Assembly: GCA_965203805.1 (NCBI GenBank)
Contig: OZ241917.1
Coordinates: 1,472,001-1,536,000, forward strand
Source: Candidatus Latescibacterota bacterium
GTDB taxonomy: Bacteria > Latescibacterota > UBA2968 > GCA-2709665
Length of the DNA: 64,000 nt
Reading direction: 5' to 3'
Shown one piece after another: positions 31,185 to 40,709 of the stretch (the stretch's first letter is position 1; every line of letters starts with the position of its first letter). Under the pieces are notes generated by a model. It made no database searches and was not told where the DNA came from. It saw only the letters and a program-made list of their open reading frames with translations. The translations under genes and the position numbers were made by a program.

Positions 31185-31931
31185 CTATATGACATTGTTA
31201 ATTGCGTCGGGCAATTCGGACAGCGAGCCGATTGTAAGGTCGAATCGATCCGATCCACTTCCCCCGATCTTGACCGTCTTTGCGCCAAGCTTCCTGGCGG
31301 CCAGAAGGGGGGCCTCGTCATCGTCTACAACAACTGACGCTTCCGGTCGGGCCCCGACTTCACTGAGAATCCGCGCGTGGAAGGCGCCGTGCCCCTTTTC
31401 AAAGCCGACCAGATCAGACCCGAACGGTGTGCCAATCCGTTCGCGGACACCGATGCGCGCCAGCACGGTTTCGATCACCCAGGATGGATTGCCGGATGCC
31501 GTATGGATTTCGAAATCGTCGGCCAGGGACCTGATGGCTGCCGCGGATCCCGGAAAGACTGCGTTGGTATTCAGATACACGTGGGTGAGTGCACGCTCGG
31601 CAGCGTCAACACGTTCCTCGAATGTGCAGGGCGCTTCTACCCCCACTTCGTCACACAGTTGCTGCACCCACTCCGCGTGGAGGCGGTCCCACCACCGGGA
31701 CAGATTGAGCCCTCGCAATCCCGGAGCCTTCCTGTACTCTTCACTTCCACGATTCCAGACCTTCAACCATATTCGTTCCTGATGTTCAGCCCAGACACTG
31801 GCGTCTCCACCCAATAATTCGCTGAACCGGGTTCCTGCCAACCTGCTGCTTTCTGATTCCCACATCGCGTTGTCGAGAATCACGCCGTCCAGATCCAGAA
31901 AAAGGAACTTCCGTTCGCTTTCGTCCATCAC
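31185..31931 (-). CDS. HAD-family hydrolase
   Basis: FLDLDGVILD motif I, TASGN, K, VVDDD motif IV. Confidence 0.85.
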   Translation of the reverse strand: MMDESERKFLFLDLDGVILDNAMWESESSRLAGTRFSELLGGDASVWAEHQERIWLKVWNRGSEEYRKAPGLRGLNLSRWWDRLHAEWVQQLCDEVGVEAPCTFEERVDAAERALTHVYLNTNAVFPGSAAAIRSLADDFEIHTASGNPSWVIETVLARIGVRERIGTPFGSDLVGFEKGHGAFHARILSEVGARPEASVVVDDDEAPLLAARKLGAKTVKIGGSGSDRFDLTIGSLSELPDAINNVI

Positions 31932-32026
31932 ATCTCTCGTCTAAGAAGCGACTTGAAAAACAACAGAAACTACAAAACACGCGAAAAAAACGAAAAAACG
32001 TGGCTGAAATCAATCGCCACAATGGT

Positions 32027-32078
32027 CCTGCCTGCAGCGCAGGGGCACTGCGCAGGCAGGCGTATTCGCGCAGGCAGG
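32027..32078. repeat. CCTGCCTG..CAGGCAGG hairpin (34 nt) followed by the right arm of another copy
   Basis: cctgcctg-cagcgc-aggg-gcactg-cg-caggcagg, then cgtattcg-cg-caggcagg. Confidence 0.85.
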
Positions 32079-32101
32079 CGCAAAACACATGCGGCCGACC
32101 A

Positions 32102-32623
32102 TCAAGTCTGGTAGGAATAGACGACACCGGCGTCAGTGAGAACCCCGGATAACTCGGGCACCGACGGAACCCAGATGAGTTGCATGCGCCATCGTCGGAT
32201 AATCTCAGGCATCGCATACGATTCCGAGCCGATGGCTTCGACCGGGTGTCTCGAGACATATTCGTTACTGGGAACCTTGAAGAAATGGCGTTCTTCGAAA
32301 ACATACACGTTGGCCTCAAACGCCATTATCTGCCCTTTGTCTTCACTGTTTACGAAGATAAAACAGCTCTTGGCCGGATCAGTCTCGTGCCCCAGGGAAT
32401 CAAGCTTGTGCCTGGAGCATTCAGAGTTCCTGACTCTTATTCGATGAATCCCGGGAAACAGGTGGATTGATATCTCGTCGAAATCGCCAACATAGAGCAG
32501 GCGATCCGGGATATAGCCTGGTTTGGACCTCTTGGTGCTGCTGCTGAAATCCCGGGTCCGGTAGAATCTCGTCGGATGAAACACATTGCTATCCCGTCGA
32601 GGCGTCACTTTGTATAAGAGCAA
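32102..32623 (-). CDS. hypothetical protein
   Basis: 173-aa ORF with a TTG start and plausible composition; no family recognised. Confidence 0.55.
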   Translation of the reverse strand: MLLYKVTPRRDSNVFHPTRFYRTRDFSSSTKRSKPGYIPDRLLYVGDFDEISIHLFPGIHRIRVRNSECSRHKLDSLGHETDPAKSCFIFVNSEDKGQIMAFEANVYVFEERHFFKVPSNEYVSRHPVEAIGSESYAMPEIIRRWRMQLIWVPSVPELSGVLTDAGVVYSYQT

Positions 32624-32789
32624 ATTTGCGACTCCTCGCTTGCGAGAGAATCACACCCGGGACGCAATCTCCCATTCGAAGGGAAAAGCCGAATTTATCG
32701 CGAATTCGACAGGGCTTCCAGGAGATGAATTCAGAACGCGCGGACGGTAGTGAGATTAGCTCAATATTCAATGGGAACAGCAAAACGAG

Positions 32790-33335
32790 TTAGTTCAAAA
32801 GCACTGTGCCCGGGACCCGGAGAATCTCGCACGCTTCGAACGCGCCTTCCTCGAATCTCAACCTGATCCCTTCACAGTAATTGCACGAAGGCCCCCACCG
32901 CTCGTGGTCCGCGTCGGGCAGGCAGCCGACCGCACTGGCTTCGATAACCCCCCCGTGCGAGATGAACAGCGCCTGGCCGCCGTCCGGGAGCGACCTGGCG
33001 ACGTTGAGGTGGAAATCAGCCAGCGTTTTGGCGAAGTTCGCAACGGCGCCGGCCGGATGTTGATGGATATATGTGGAAAATCCGGCGAATCCTACGTCGA
33101 AGGAGATCTCCGCGTCGGACGGCATGGATGCGAGCAGTTCGACCTGGCGGTCGACCGCAAACCCCATGGCGATAGCCGTTTCGAATGCGCGAGGGACCGG
33201 ACTGGTATAGACCCTGTCGAACGCCGGCATTCCCTCCCCGACGCGCCTGGCGAGGGCGACACCGGCCTGCGAGAGATGTTGTCCGGGCTTTGTCCGCATC
33301 GTGTGTCGTCGATGTTCGATGAATCTGGCTGCCAT
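32790..33335 (-). CDS. histidine phosphatase family protein
   Basis: IEHRRHT, YTSPVPRAFETA, FISHGG. Confidence 0.85.
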   Translation of the reverse strand: MAARFIEHRRHTMRTKPGQHLSQAGVALARRVGEGMPAFDRVYTSPVPRAFETAIAMGFAVDRQVELLASMPSDAEISFDVGFAGFSTYIHQHPAGAVANFAKTLADFHLNVARSLPDGGQALFISHGGVIEASAVGCLPDADHERWGPSCNYCEGIRLRFEEGAFEACEILRVPGTVLLN

Positions 33336-33372
33336 TCGCTCATCCATCAATGAATTTATGGCGTTGGCGTCC

Positions 33373-34242
33373 TCAGCCTGCATTGCGGAAGAACGCCATC
33401 AGGTCCTCGCGCACCCGCCCGCTTCCGTGGACGACACTGTGGGGTTTGTCAGGATACACACGGAATTCGGCGGGTGGGATCTTCGATGCCAGGTCCTTGC
33501 CCCACTCCACGGGCACTTCCCGGTCCCTGGCGCCGTGAACCACAAGGGTTGGCGCATCTATCCGTCCGCATTCGTCAGTCAGGTCCCTTTCAAGGTACGC
33601 GTTAATTGACCGCAACTGAATCCCGTACCATTCGACACGTTCCTGCACGCTGGACTTCGCGACGAGCGCTTTCACTCGTCCTTCGTATTCCGCCAGCGTT
33701 CCCCGCTCTTCCATCTCGTCCCGTTCCCACAGCACATCCAGGGACAACTCGACACCTTCCGGGCGGTTGTTCCACGCGGCGCCAGCGCCGTCCCTATTAA
33801 GGATTTCCATCTGTCTTTTGACAATCCGGGTCACCGGATCGTCATCCGGCCAGAGATGCGCGGCCGTTCCGGCCAGTGCAAGTGTTCTGATCCGCTCCGG
33901 ATAGCGCGCAGCAAACAGAATTGCAATCGGCCCCCCCGCGGAGGAACCGATCAGGTGTGCGTTCTCGATCTGGAGGTAGTCCAGAAGTTTGACTAAGTCG
34001 CGCGTCTGATTCTCGAGATCATAGCCCGAATCCGGGCGCGACGACAGCCAGCAGCCCCGCCGGTCGTACATCACATACCGGAATTCAGACGCGAAGTCCA
34101 TCTCCCACCCCCACGCACCGCTCGCATCCGCGCGGAGATGCATGTCAATCGAAGGAAATCCCCCGTGTACGAACACGATGACATCGCCCTCGCCCCGAAC
34201 GTCGTAGAACATCGTGAAACCGTTTATGGTAGCGTATGGCAT
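33373..34242 (-). CDS. alpha/beta hydrolase (copy A)
   Basis: FVHGG, DRRGC, GSSAGG, HGARD, PH. Confidence 0.9.
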   Translation of the reverse strand: MPYATINGFTMFYDVRGEGDVIVFVHGGFPSIDMHLRADASGAWGWEMDFASEFRYVMYDRRGCWLSSRPDSGYDLENQTRDLVKLLDYLQIENAHLIGSSAGGPIAILFAARYPERIRTLALAGTAAHLWPDDDPVTRIVKRQMEILNRDGAGAAWNNRPEGVELSLDVLWERDEMEERGTLAEYEGRVKALVAKSSVQERVEWYGIQLRSINAYLERDLTDECGRIDAPTLVVHGARDREVPVEWGKDLASKIPPAEFRVYPDKPHSVVHGSGRVREDLMAFFRNAG

Positions 34243-34263
34243 CGGCCTATCCTGGTGAGACCT

Positions 34264-34390
34264 CTACGCTCTTCCTGCTTTCAGGCTCTCTATTATCTTA
34301 CGGTCTGTCTCGAATGCCATGTCCGCCGGCGGATGCTCCAGGGGGAACAGCCCGACCTCGGCCGCGTCGTTACCAGCCACATCGTCGCCA
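34264..34390 (-). pseudogene. 3' remnant of a NUDIX hydrolase gene
   Basis: Manual translation AGNDAAEVGLFPLEHPPADMAFETDRKIIESLK* matches NUDIX C-termini (AGDDA..V.WF.L..LP.LAF). Confidence 0.6.
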
Positions 34391-34721
34391 TATAACAACG
34401 CGAGGGAGCACATCATATACGCAGGTACGAATCACGTGTCAAGGTCATTTCCCCGAATGCGCCGCCATATTTGCGGCTGCTTTCCGGCTTCCGGTCACTT
34501 GACGAAGCCGGCCGTTTCTCGTATAATACCAAACGGATCCCCGTAAGTTCTGTATTCTTCCGGAGACGGCAAGTCGGACTACATCTGCAATGGCGGATAA
34601 CCGCCGCGGCGGATTGGCGTTTCGCCAACACGCCGACGATCCCGCAATACGTCTCCAGCACCGGTGGATGCTCACGCGAGAATCGTGGCGCAGTGAGATT
34701 CCGGTAAACGGGAGGACATTG

Positions 34722-35987
34722 ATGTTCATTATAATGAAGATGAAAACATCCTTTCACTGGATTGTGACGGCGGCGCTTTTTGCCGTGTTCCTGTCCGGTT
34801 GTGGAAAAGAAGACCCCGTTGCGCCAGAGGAAGAGCACTATGAAGCCGAAGGCCTGGTCCTCATCGACTCCGGCCAGCGGTTCTTCCGTTATTTCCAGGG
34901 CAGGATCGACTCAGGAGACGACCGGGCGGAAATCCTGTCGGTCGCTCACGGCGAAGTGACCAGCAAGTGGAACATCCGCTTCCTGGACAAGGACGGAAAC
35001 GAAATGGCGCCCCCCACCGGCGAGGGCTTCAGTTTCACGTGGGAGATTGCGGACACGTCGATCGTGGAGGTCGTCCAGGACGAGGGGGAAGCGGGCAAAT
35101 TCGTCTTCGCCCTGCGCGGCCTCGAAACTGGCGAAACCACCATCAGGCTTCAGATTTCGCACGAAGGACACGTCGACTTCACCACGGTATCGCTCCCGGT
35201 GTACGTGATAGAAGAGAACTGGTCCCATTTCATAGCGGAAGGGCTTGTCATCATCGAATCCGGCGTTCGATTCTTCCGCTATTTCCAGGGCGAGATCGAC
35301 TCTGGCGAAGGTCGGGTATCGGAACTCACGGCCCCAATTGGCCTGACGCCTCACTGGCGCATCATGTTTCTGGACGAACACGGCGAAGAAAAAGACGCGC
35401 CGGACGATTCGACATTCACGCTCGGCTGGACCATTGCCAACCCCGACGTTCTCGAAGTCGTTCAGGACGAGGGCGACGAAGGTTCATTCGAGTTTCACCT
35501 GCGCGGCTTGCAGGAGGGCGAAACCACGATTGTATTTGAAGTCTGGCACGAAGGGCACATTGACTACCGCACACGACCCATTCCCGTACATGTGGAGTCA
35601 CAGGAGGGCCAGCACGGCGAACCCGTGGGCGTTCGGCTTAAGGAAGAAGACAGCGGCGAGTTGCTTACACAGGCGCCCGTTAAGGGAGAGGGCGAAGCCA
35701 CCGAGGCCCTGACCGTTGCCGTAGGCGACACCACCGACCACGTCGCGACGTTCTTCTTTGACGAAGACGACGTTGAATTCCAGCCGGAAGCGCCCGACCA
35801 CACGCTGGGCATCGCGGTGGCCGACACCTCACTGCTGGCCATCGATCCGCCTGTAGCGCCCGAATACTGGGCGTTCAGGCTTATCGGCAAAAAGGCCGGC
35901 ACGACCACCATAACGCTCTCCATTATCCACGACGGAGAGGCCGAAGACGAATTCGCGCCCATTTCGGTGGCGATCACGGCGCCGTAG
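34722..35987 (+). CDS. acidic, His-motif lipoprotein with tandem Ig-like repeats (putative metal-binding surface protein)
   Basis: GGAGG RBS; lipobox LSGC; two ~130-aa repeats (AEGLV.I.SG.RFFRYFQG.IDSG ... HEGH.D) and a third partial repeat. Confidence 0.8.
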   Translation: MFIIMKMKTSFHWIVTAALFAVFLSGCGKEDPVAPEEEHYEAEGLVLIDSGQRFFRYFQGRIDSGDDRAEILSVAHGEVTSKWNIRFLDKDGNEMAPPTGEGFSFTWEIADTSIVEVVQDEGEAGKFVFALRGLETGETTIRLQISHEGHVDFTTVSLPVYVIEENWSHFIAEGLVIIESGVRFFRYFQGEIDSGEGRVSELTAPIGLTPHWRIMFLDEHGEEKDAPDDSTFTLGWTIANPDVLEVVQDEGDEGSFEFHLRGLQEGETTIVFEVWHEGHIDYRTRPIPVHVESQEGQHGEPVGVRLKEEDSGELLTQAPVKGEGEATEALTVAVGDTTDHVATFFFDEDDVEFQPEAPDHTLGIAVADTSLLAIDPPVAPEYWAFRLIGKKAGTTTITLSIIHDGEAEDEFAPISVAITAP

Positions 35988-36874
35988 CGGAAAGCGCGGC
36001 GGGAGGGTTGTTCTCGCCCTCCCGCCATCTGCAACGCGGAAGCACATTGCTGTTGACTGACTTGCACAGGATAGAGCTTCCGCCCGGACTGTCCGCCTGA
36101 TCCCAAAGGCTGGCAGGGCGACCTAACAATTCAAATCCGTCTGGCCCAGCAAGTCCGGGCTCCGGTACGGCATCAACAGAGCCCATGCCGGTACGATGTC
36201 CTTTGGCACGAAAGTGACGGGTTCGGAAGTTGCGTTTCCAGTAAAATCGTGGCTGTATCCAGGTTTGTTTTGCGCTCATCTGGAGACCGCAGGATGCTTT
36301 TTCCCTCCGGACGGATTCATCCGATTGTTCTTTTCGTGCAGGCGATATTCGCGGCCTACCTGGCGATATTTCTGCTTGCCGCCTTCCCCGAACACGATCA
36401 CGATCAACAATGTACTGTCTGCGCCTAGTTCAACAGCCTGAGCATCAGTCTGCCGGCAGTACTGGCGTTGCAACTCTGCTTTTTGTATTTAAGGCAGAGT
36501 TCTTCTTCGTTCCGCTCCCTGCGTTCTTCCCTCCTTCTGCCACAAGGACGCGCGCCTCGTGTGTCCTGATCCATCCTCACGTGTCTTCAAGACACATCCT
36601 CAGTACTTCTAATTGATCGTTCCAGATCAGCCCGGGATCGAGTCCGCGTATTCAGAAATGTGACCAGATTGTGCACGTCGGTACGTTCTCCGGGCCGCGT
36701 ATCACGCATTCCTGCCCCTCTCCGGGTCAGGCTACATCCGCAAAGGCGGCTTACCGGCCCGGCCATCTGGCATTTGGCCGGCATTCCGGCAAATTCGCAG
36801 TTCGTCCAACGCGTCGGCGGATGCTCACGCGAGATTCGGGGCGAATTGAGATTCCGGTACACAGGAGAACACAA

Positions 36875-38082
36875 ATGTTCAGCACGTTAAAAAGAAAAAC
36901 AACCAGTCAACGGATCGGAGCAACGGCGAATTTTGCCGTGTTCCTGTCCGTTCGTGGAAAGGAAGACCCCAACCCGGACGACGGATCCAGCCGCCGTTCC
37001 GCCATCCGGTTGCCCATTATCCTTACGGCGCTCGCATTGCTGCCTCTGGGCCTTCTGGCGGGTATCGGCTCGGCAAATCAGGCCGTGTTGATCGAAGGGT
37101 ATGTCTTCGACGGCGAGACCGGGCTGCCCATCGGGAACGTAAACGTCCAGCCCGAAGATCACGCCGTGGGCGCGTCTACGGACGAAAGAGGCCGGTTCGT
37201 GCTTCACCTGTCACCGGGTGTTCATCGGCTGTCACTTACCCACGTCGGCTATCAGGAAACCCGCCACGAACTGAACCTCTCAGGTGCGAACCATCCCGTT
37301 GTCTATCTGGAACTGGCGCGGCTCGACCTCAAGCTGGACCCCATCGACGTTGTGGCCGAACGCGCTGAAACCTGATTTGAAGAGCTGCATGAGGCCACCC
37401 GGGTGCTTTCGGGCGACGAACTCAGGAAGAAATACAGCATCACGTTGGCCGAGACCATGAAGAACGAACTCGGCGTTGCCATCCGCAGCATGGGTCCGGC
37501 GCCGGCCCGCCCCGTCATCCGCGGGCTCAGCGGCGACCGTGTACAGATCAACGTCGACGGCATTCAGTCTCAGGATCTTTCCGCAACGTCGGCTGATCAT
37601 GCGGTAACCGTCGAGACTTCAACGCGGAACGCCTGGAAATCATCCGCGGACCCCGCACGCTGCTGCACACGTCCACTGCCGACGGCGGCGTCATCAACGT
37701 CGTCAAGCACAAGATTCCCGAAATACGACCGGGGCGCTTCATCGGGAGCGTCGGCGCCTACGGGGAAACAGCGAACCGGGGATATTTCTCGTCCGCCGCC
37801 CTCACCGCCCCCGTTGGGCCGCTCGCGATACACGGTGAGTCCACCTACCGGGATACCCGCGACATCCGGACCCCGGTCGGCCGGCTTGCCAACACGCCCA
37901 TCAACACCCGCACATATGCCCTCGGCACGTCCTACACGGGCGACCGGGGATACGTCGGCGGCTCCTTCGATCAATTCGAGACTCAGTACGGCATTCCCGG
38001 TGGATTCATCGGCGCGCATCCCAACGGCGCGGACCTCGATATCATACGCCGGGTCTTCGAAGGGCAGGCTGTCTATCGGTTC
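36875..38082 (+). pseudogene. TonB-dependent receptor (ZnuD-like plug), inactivated and truncated
   Basis: Carboxypeptidase-regulatory-like N-domain; in-frame TGA at 37373-37375; GPAPARPVIRGLSGDRV...DLSATSADHAV; frameshift near 37615 before AERLEIIRGP; cut at ~38082 by the duplicated block. Confidence 0.85.
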
Positions 38083-38300
38083 GACGGCATGGATGCGAGC
38101 AGTTCGACCTGACGGTCGACCGCAAACCCCATGGCGATAGCTGTTTCGAATGCGCGAGGGACCGGACTGGTATAGACCCTGTCGAACGCCGGCATTCCCT
38201 CCCCGACGCGCCTGGCGAGGGCGACACCGGCCTGCGAGAGATGTTGTCCGGGCTTTGTCCGCATCGTGTGCCTTCGATGTTCGATGAATCTGGCAGCCAT
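38083..38300 (-). pseudogene. 5' half of duplicated histidine phosphatase gene
   Basis: Near-identical to 33118-33335; stops after LASMPS at the junction with the TonB pseudogene. Confidence 0.85.
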
Positions 38301-38336
38301 TCGTTCATCCCTAAGCGGGTTTTGTGGTTGGCGTCG

Positions 38337-39206
38337 TCAGCCTGCATTGCGGAAAAACGCCATCAGGTCCTCGCGCACCCGCCCGCTTCCGTGGACGACG
38401 CTGTGGGGTCTGTCAGGATACACACGGAATTCGGCGCATGGGATCTTCGATGCCAGGTCCTTGCCCCACTCCACGGGCACTTCCCGGTCCCTGGCGCCGT
38501 GGACCACAAGGGTTGGCGCATCTATCCGTCCGCATTCGTCAGTCAGGTCCCTTTCAAGGTACGCGTCAATTGACCGCAACTGAATCCCGTACCATACCGC
38601 GCGCTCCTGAACGCTGGATTTCGCCACAAGCGCTTTCACTCGCTCTTCGTATTCCGCCAGCGTTCCCCGCTCTTCCATCTCGTCCCGTTCCCACAGCACA
38701 TCCAGGGACAACTCGACACCTTCCGGGCGGTTGTTCCACGCGGCGCCAGCGCCGTCCCTATTAAGGATTTCCAACTGTCTTTTGACAATCCGGGTCACCG
38801 GATCGTCATCCGGCCAGAGATGCGCGGCCATACCTGCCAGTGCAAGTGTTCTGACCCGCTCCGGATAGCGCACAGCAGACAGAATTGCAATCGGACCCCC
38901 TGCGGAAGACCCGATCACGTGCGCCTTTTCCACCGAAAGGTGGTCCAGCAATGCGACCAGGTCGCGCACCTGATTGTCCAAATCATAGCCCGACTCCGGG
39001 CGCGAAGACAGCCAGCAGCCTCGCCGGTCGTACATCACATACCGGAATTCAGACGCGAAGTCCATCTCCCACCCCCAAGCACCGCTCGAATCGGCGCGGA
39101 GATGCATATCGAGCGAAGGAAATCCTCCGTGTACGAACACGATGACATCGCCCTCGCCGCGCACGTCGTAAAACATACGAAAGCCGTTAATAGATGCATA
39201 TGGCAT
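38337..39206 (-). CDS. alpha/beta hydrolase (copy B)
   Basis: Same length as copy A and highly similar. Confidence 0.9.
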   Translation of the reverse strand: MPYASINGFRMFYDVRGEGDVIVFVHGGFPSLDMHLRADSSGAWGWEMDFASEFRYVMYDRRGCWLSSRPESGYDLDNQVRDLVALLDHLSVEKAHVIGSSAGGPIAILSAVRYPERVRTLALAGMAAHLWPDDDPVTRIVKRQLEILNRDGAGAAWNNRPEGVELSLDVLWERDEMEERGTLAEYEERVKALVAKSSVQERAVWYGIQLRSIDAYLERDLTDECGRIDAPTLVVHGARDREVPVEWGKDLASKIPCAEFRVYPDRPHSVVHGSGRVREDLMAFFRNAG

Positions 39207-40709
39207 GATTACATCTCAGCCTGCCTTGCAAAGCTGACTCTCGTATAACGGGGTTGGCGATACCACAACGAGAGCGGGAGGTGCGCGACAGGGCTACGAC
39301 CGAACGAGCGGAGCCGGTGCACGCCGTTTTGTCAGAAGTTTCTCAGGATGGCACAGCCGACATTTTTTGGCGACGGCGCAGGAAGCGCTGTCACCTTGAT
39401 TGTCCTCTCACCAATAACGAGAATCTACCCGATTTGTACACCCGCCGTCAATTAAATACGCGACTGGCATAGAGTGCGGAAAAGAGATGCTGCAATTGGA
39501 ATCCAGTAAACGGAGATTGGGATATCCGACGGATTAGCTACTTCTGGCTCTCGATCCGCGATCAAAAATGGACGAATTCACAACGGGAAGTTTTACTCTC
39601 GATTACCTTTGGACTTTCTTGGAGGACGCTGCAGATTGTTCGGCTCTACGCGTTCGATTATCGGATCTTGGCTTGTGGTTCGGTTAGCGTCACGATCCCT
39701 CTTGTGCCGTCCACCTCAACTTGGCAACCGTCGACGAACATCTCTAAAATCGAAGGGACGACGTTTACTACAGGCACGCCGCACTCCCGTGCAATCTGGC
39801 TGATATGATTCATCCACATATCCGGGGCGTCCGGTACGATGAGGCCACGCACCCGCAGCAGCACAGAGAACAGAAGCGGCACATGCCAGTTGGTCGATTG
39901 GATCGGCTTCACGAGAACCACCACGTCCCCACTACCAGCGACGTCGTCTCCTTCTTCCAGTGTCTCGATTCGGCGTACGATACCCGTGGTGCGGCCTGGA
40001 CCTGCAGGGCGTCCTCTTATCGCGCTCCCAGCATCTTTTTCGGCTGCATCTGCGTCGGCAGCAACGCGGGTTTTCGGCGAGGATTCTTCCTCCGGTGGCC
40101 TTCCAATGAAGGCCGGCGCAACAAGGCGGTTGGAGTGTTCGTATTCAAGACGCCGTTTCTGCAACAGCCGTCGTCCTGTCGCGATGTCGCCTGTCGCGCC
40201 CATAACTTTCAAATCGTCCACGGTGAAGTACAAGACGTCGTCTATGTCATCGATCAGGCCGGCAGCCAGCAGCACGCCCTGCAAGCTTCGGAAGAGACGC
40301 TTTAACCTCCTGGTCGGAACGTCCGACCGGAGAACACGATGATTCAAAGCCGGTCCCCAGAAAAGAGCCCAGTCGTGAAGCCGCTCAAAACGCGCCAATT
40401 CGGTACGTTGCGAAGCCAAAGTCTCGCGGACCACGGTCACAACTAGCTCGCGCCGCCGGGTTGTCTGTCCTAAAATCCGGCCCACGGATGGGGCTCCTTT
40501 GATTGCATTTCGAACAAGCCTCAGGATATCACACGTGGGGTCGCGGAGAATTTCACAAGGAAACCCGAACTTCCACGGCGGCACCAGGCAAAAGCGCTCG
40601 CAGAAGTCTTCAAGTGCGGCAGCAAACGGGACTTGCATCTCTTTTTTTTGCATGGCACCGATAAACTCGTCCATACTTAGACTCTCGAATCGCTCGCGTT
40701 CTGATTCAA

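Noticed and set aside
34590-34721. N-terminal extension of the lipoprotein ORF
   Set aside because: The RBS and signal peptide point to ATG 34722; the extension is treated as leader.
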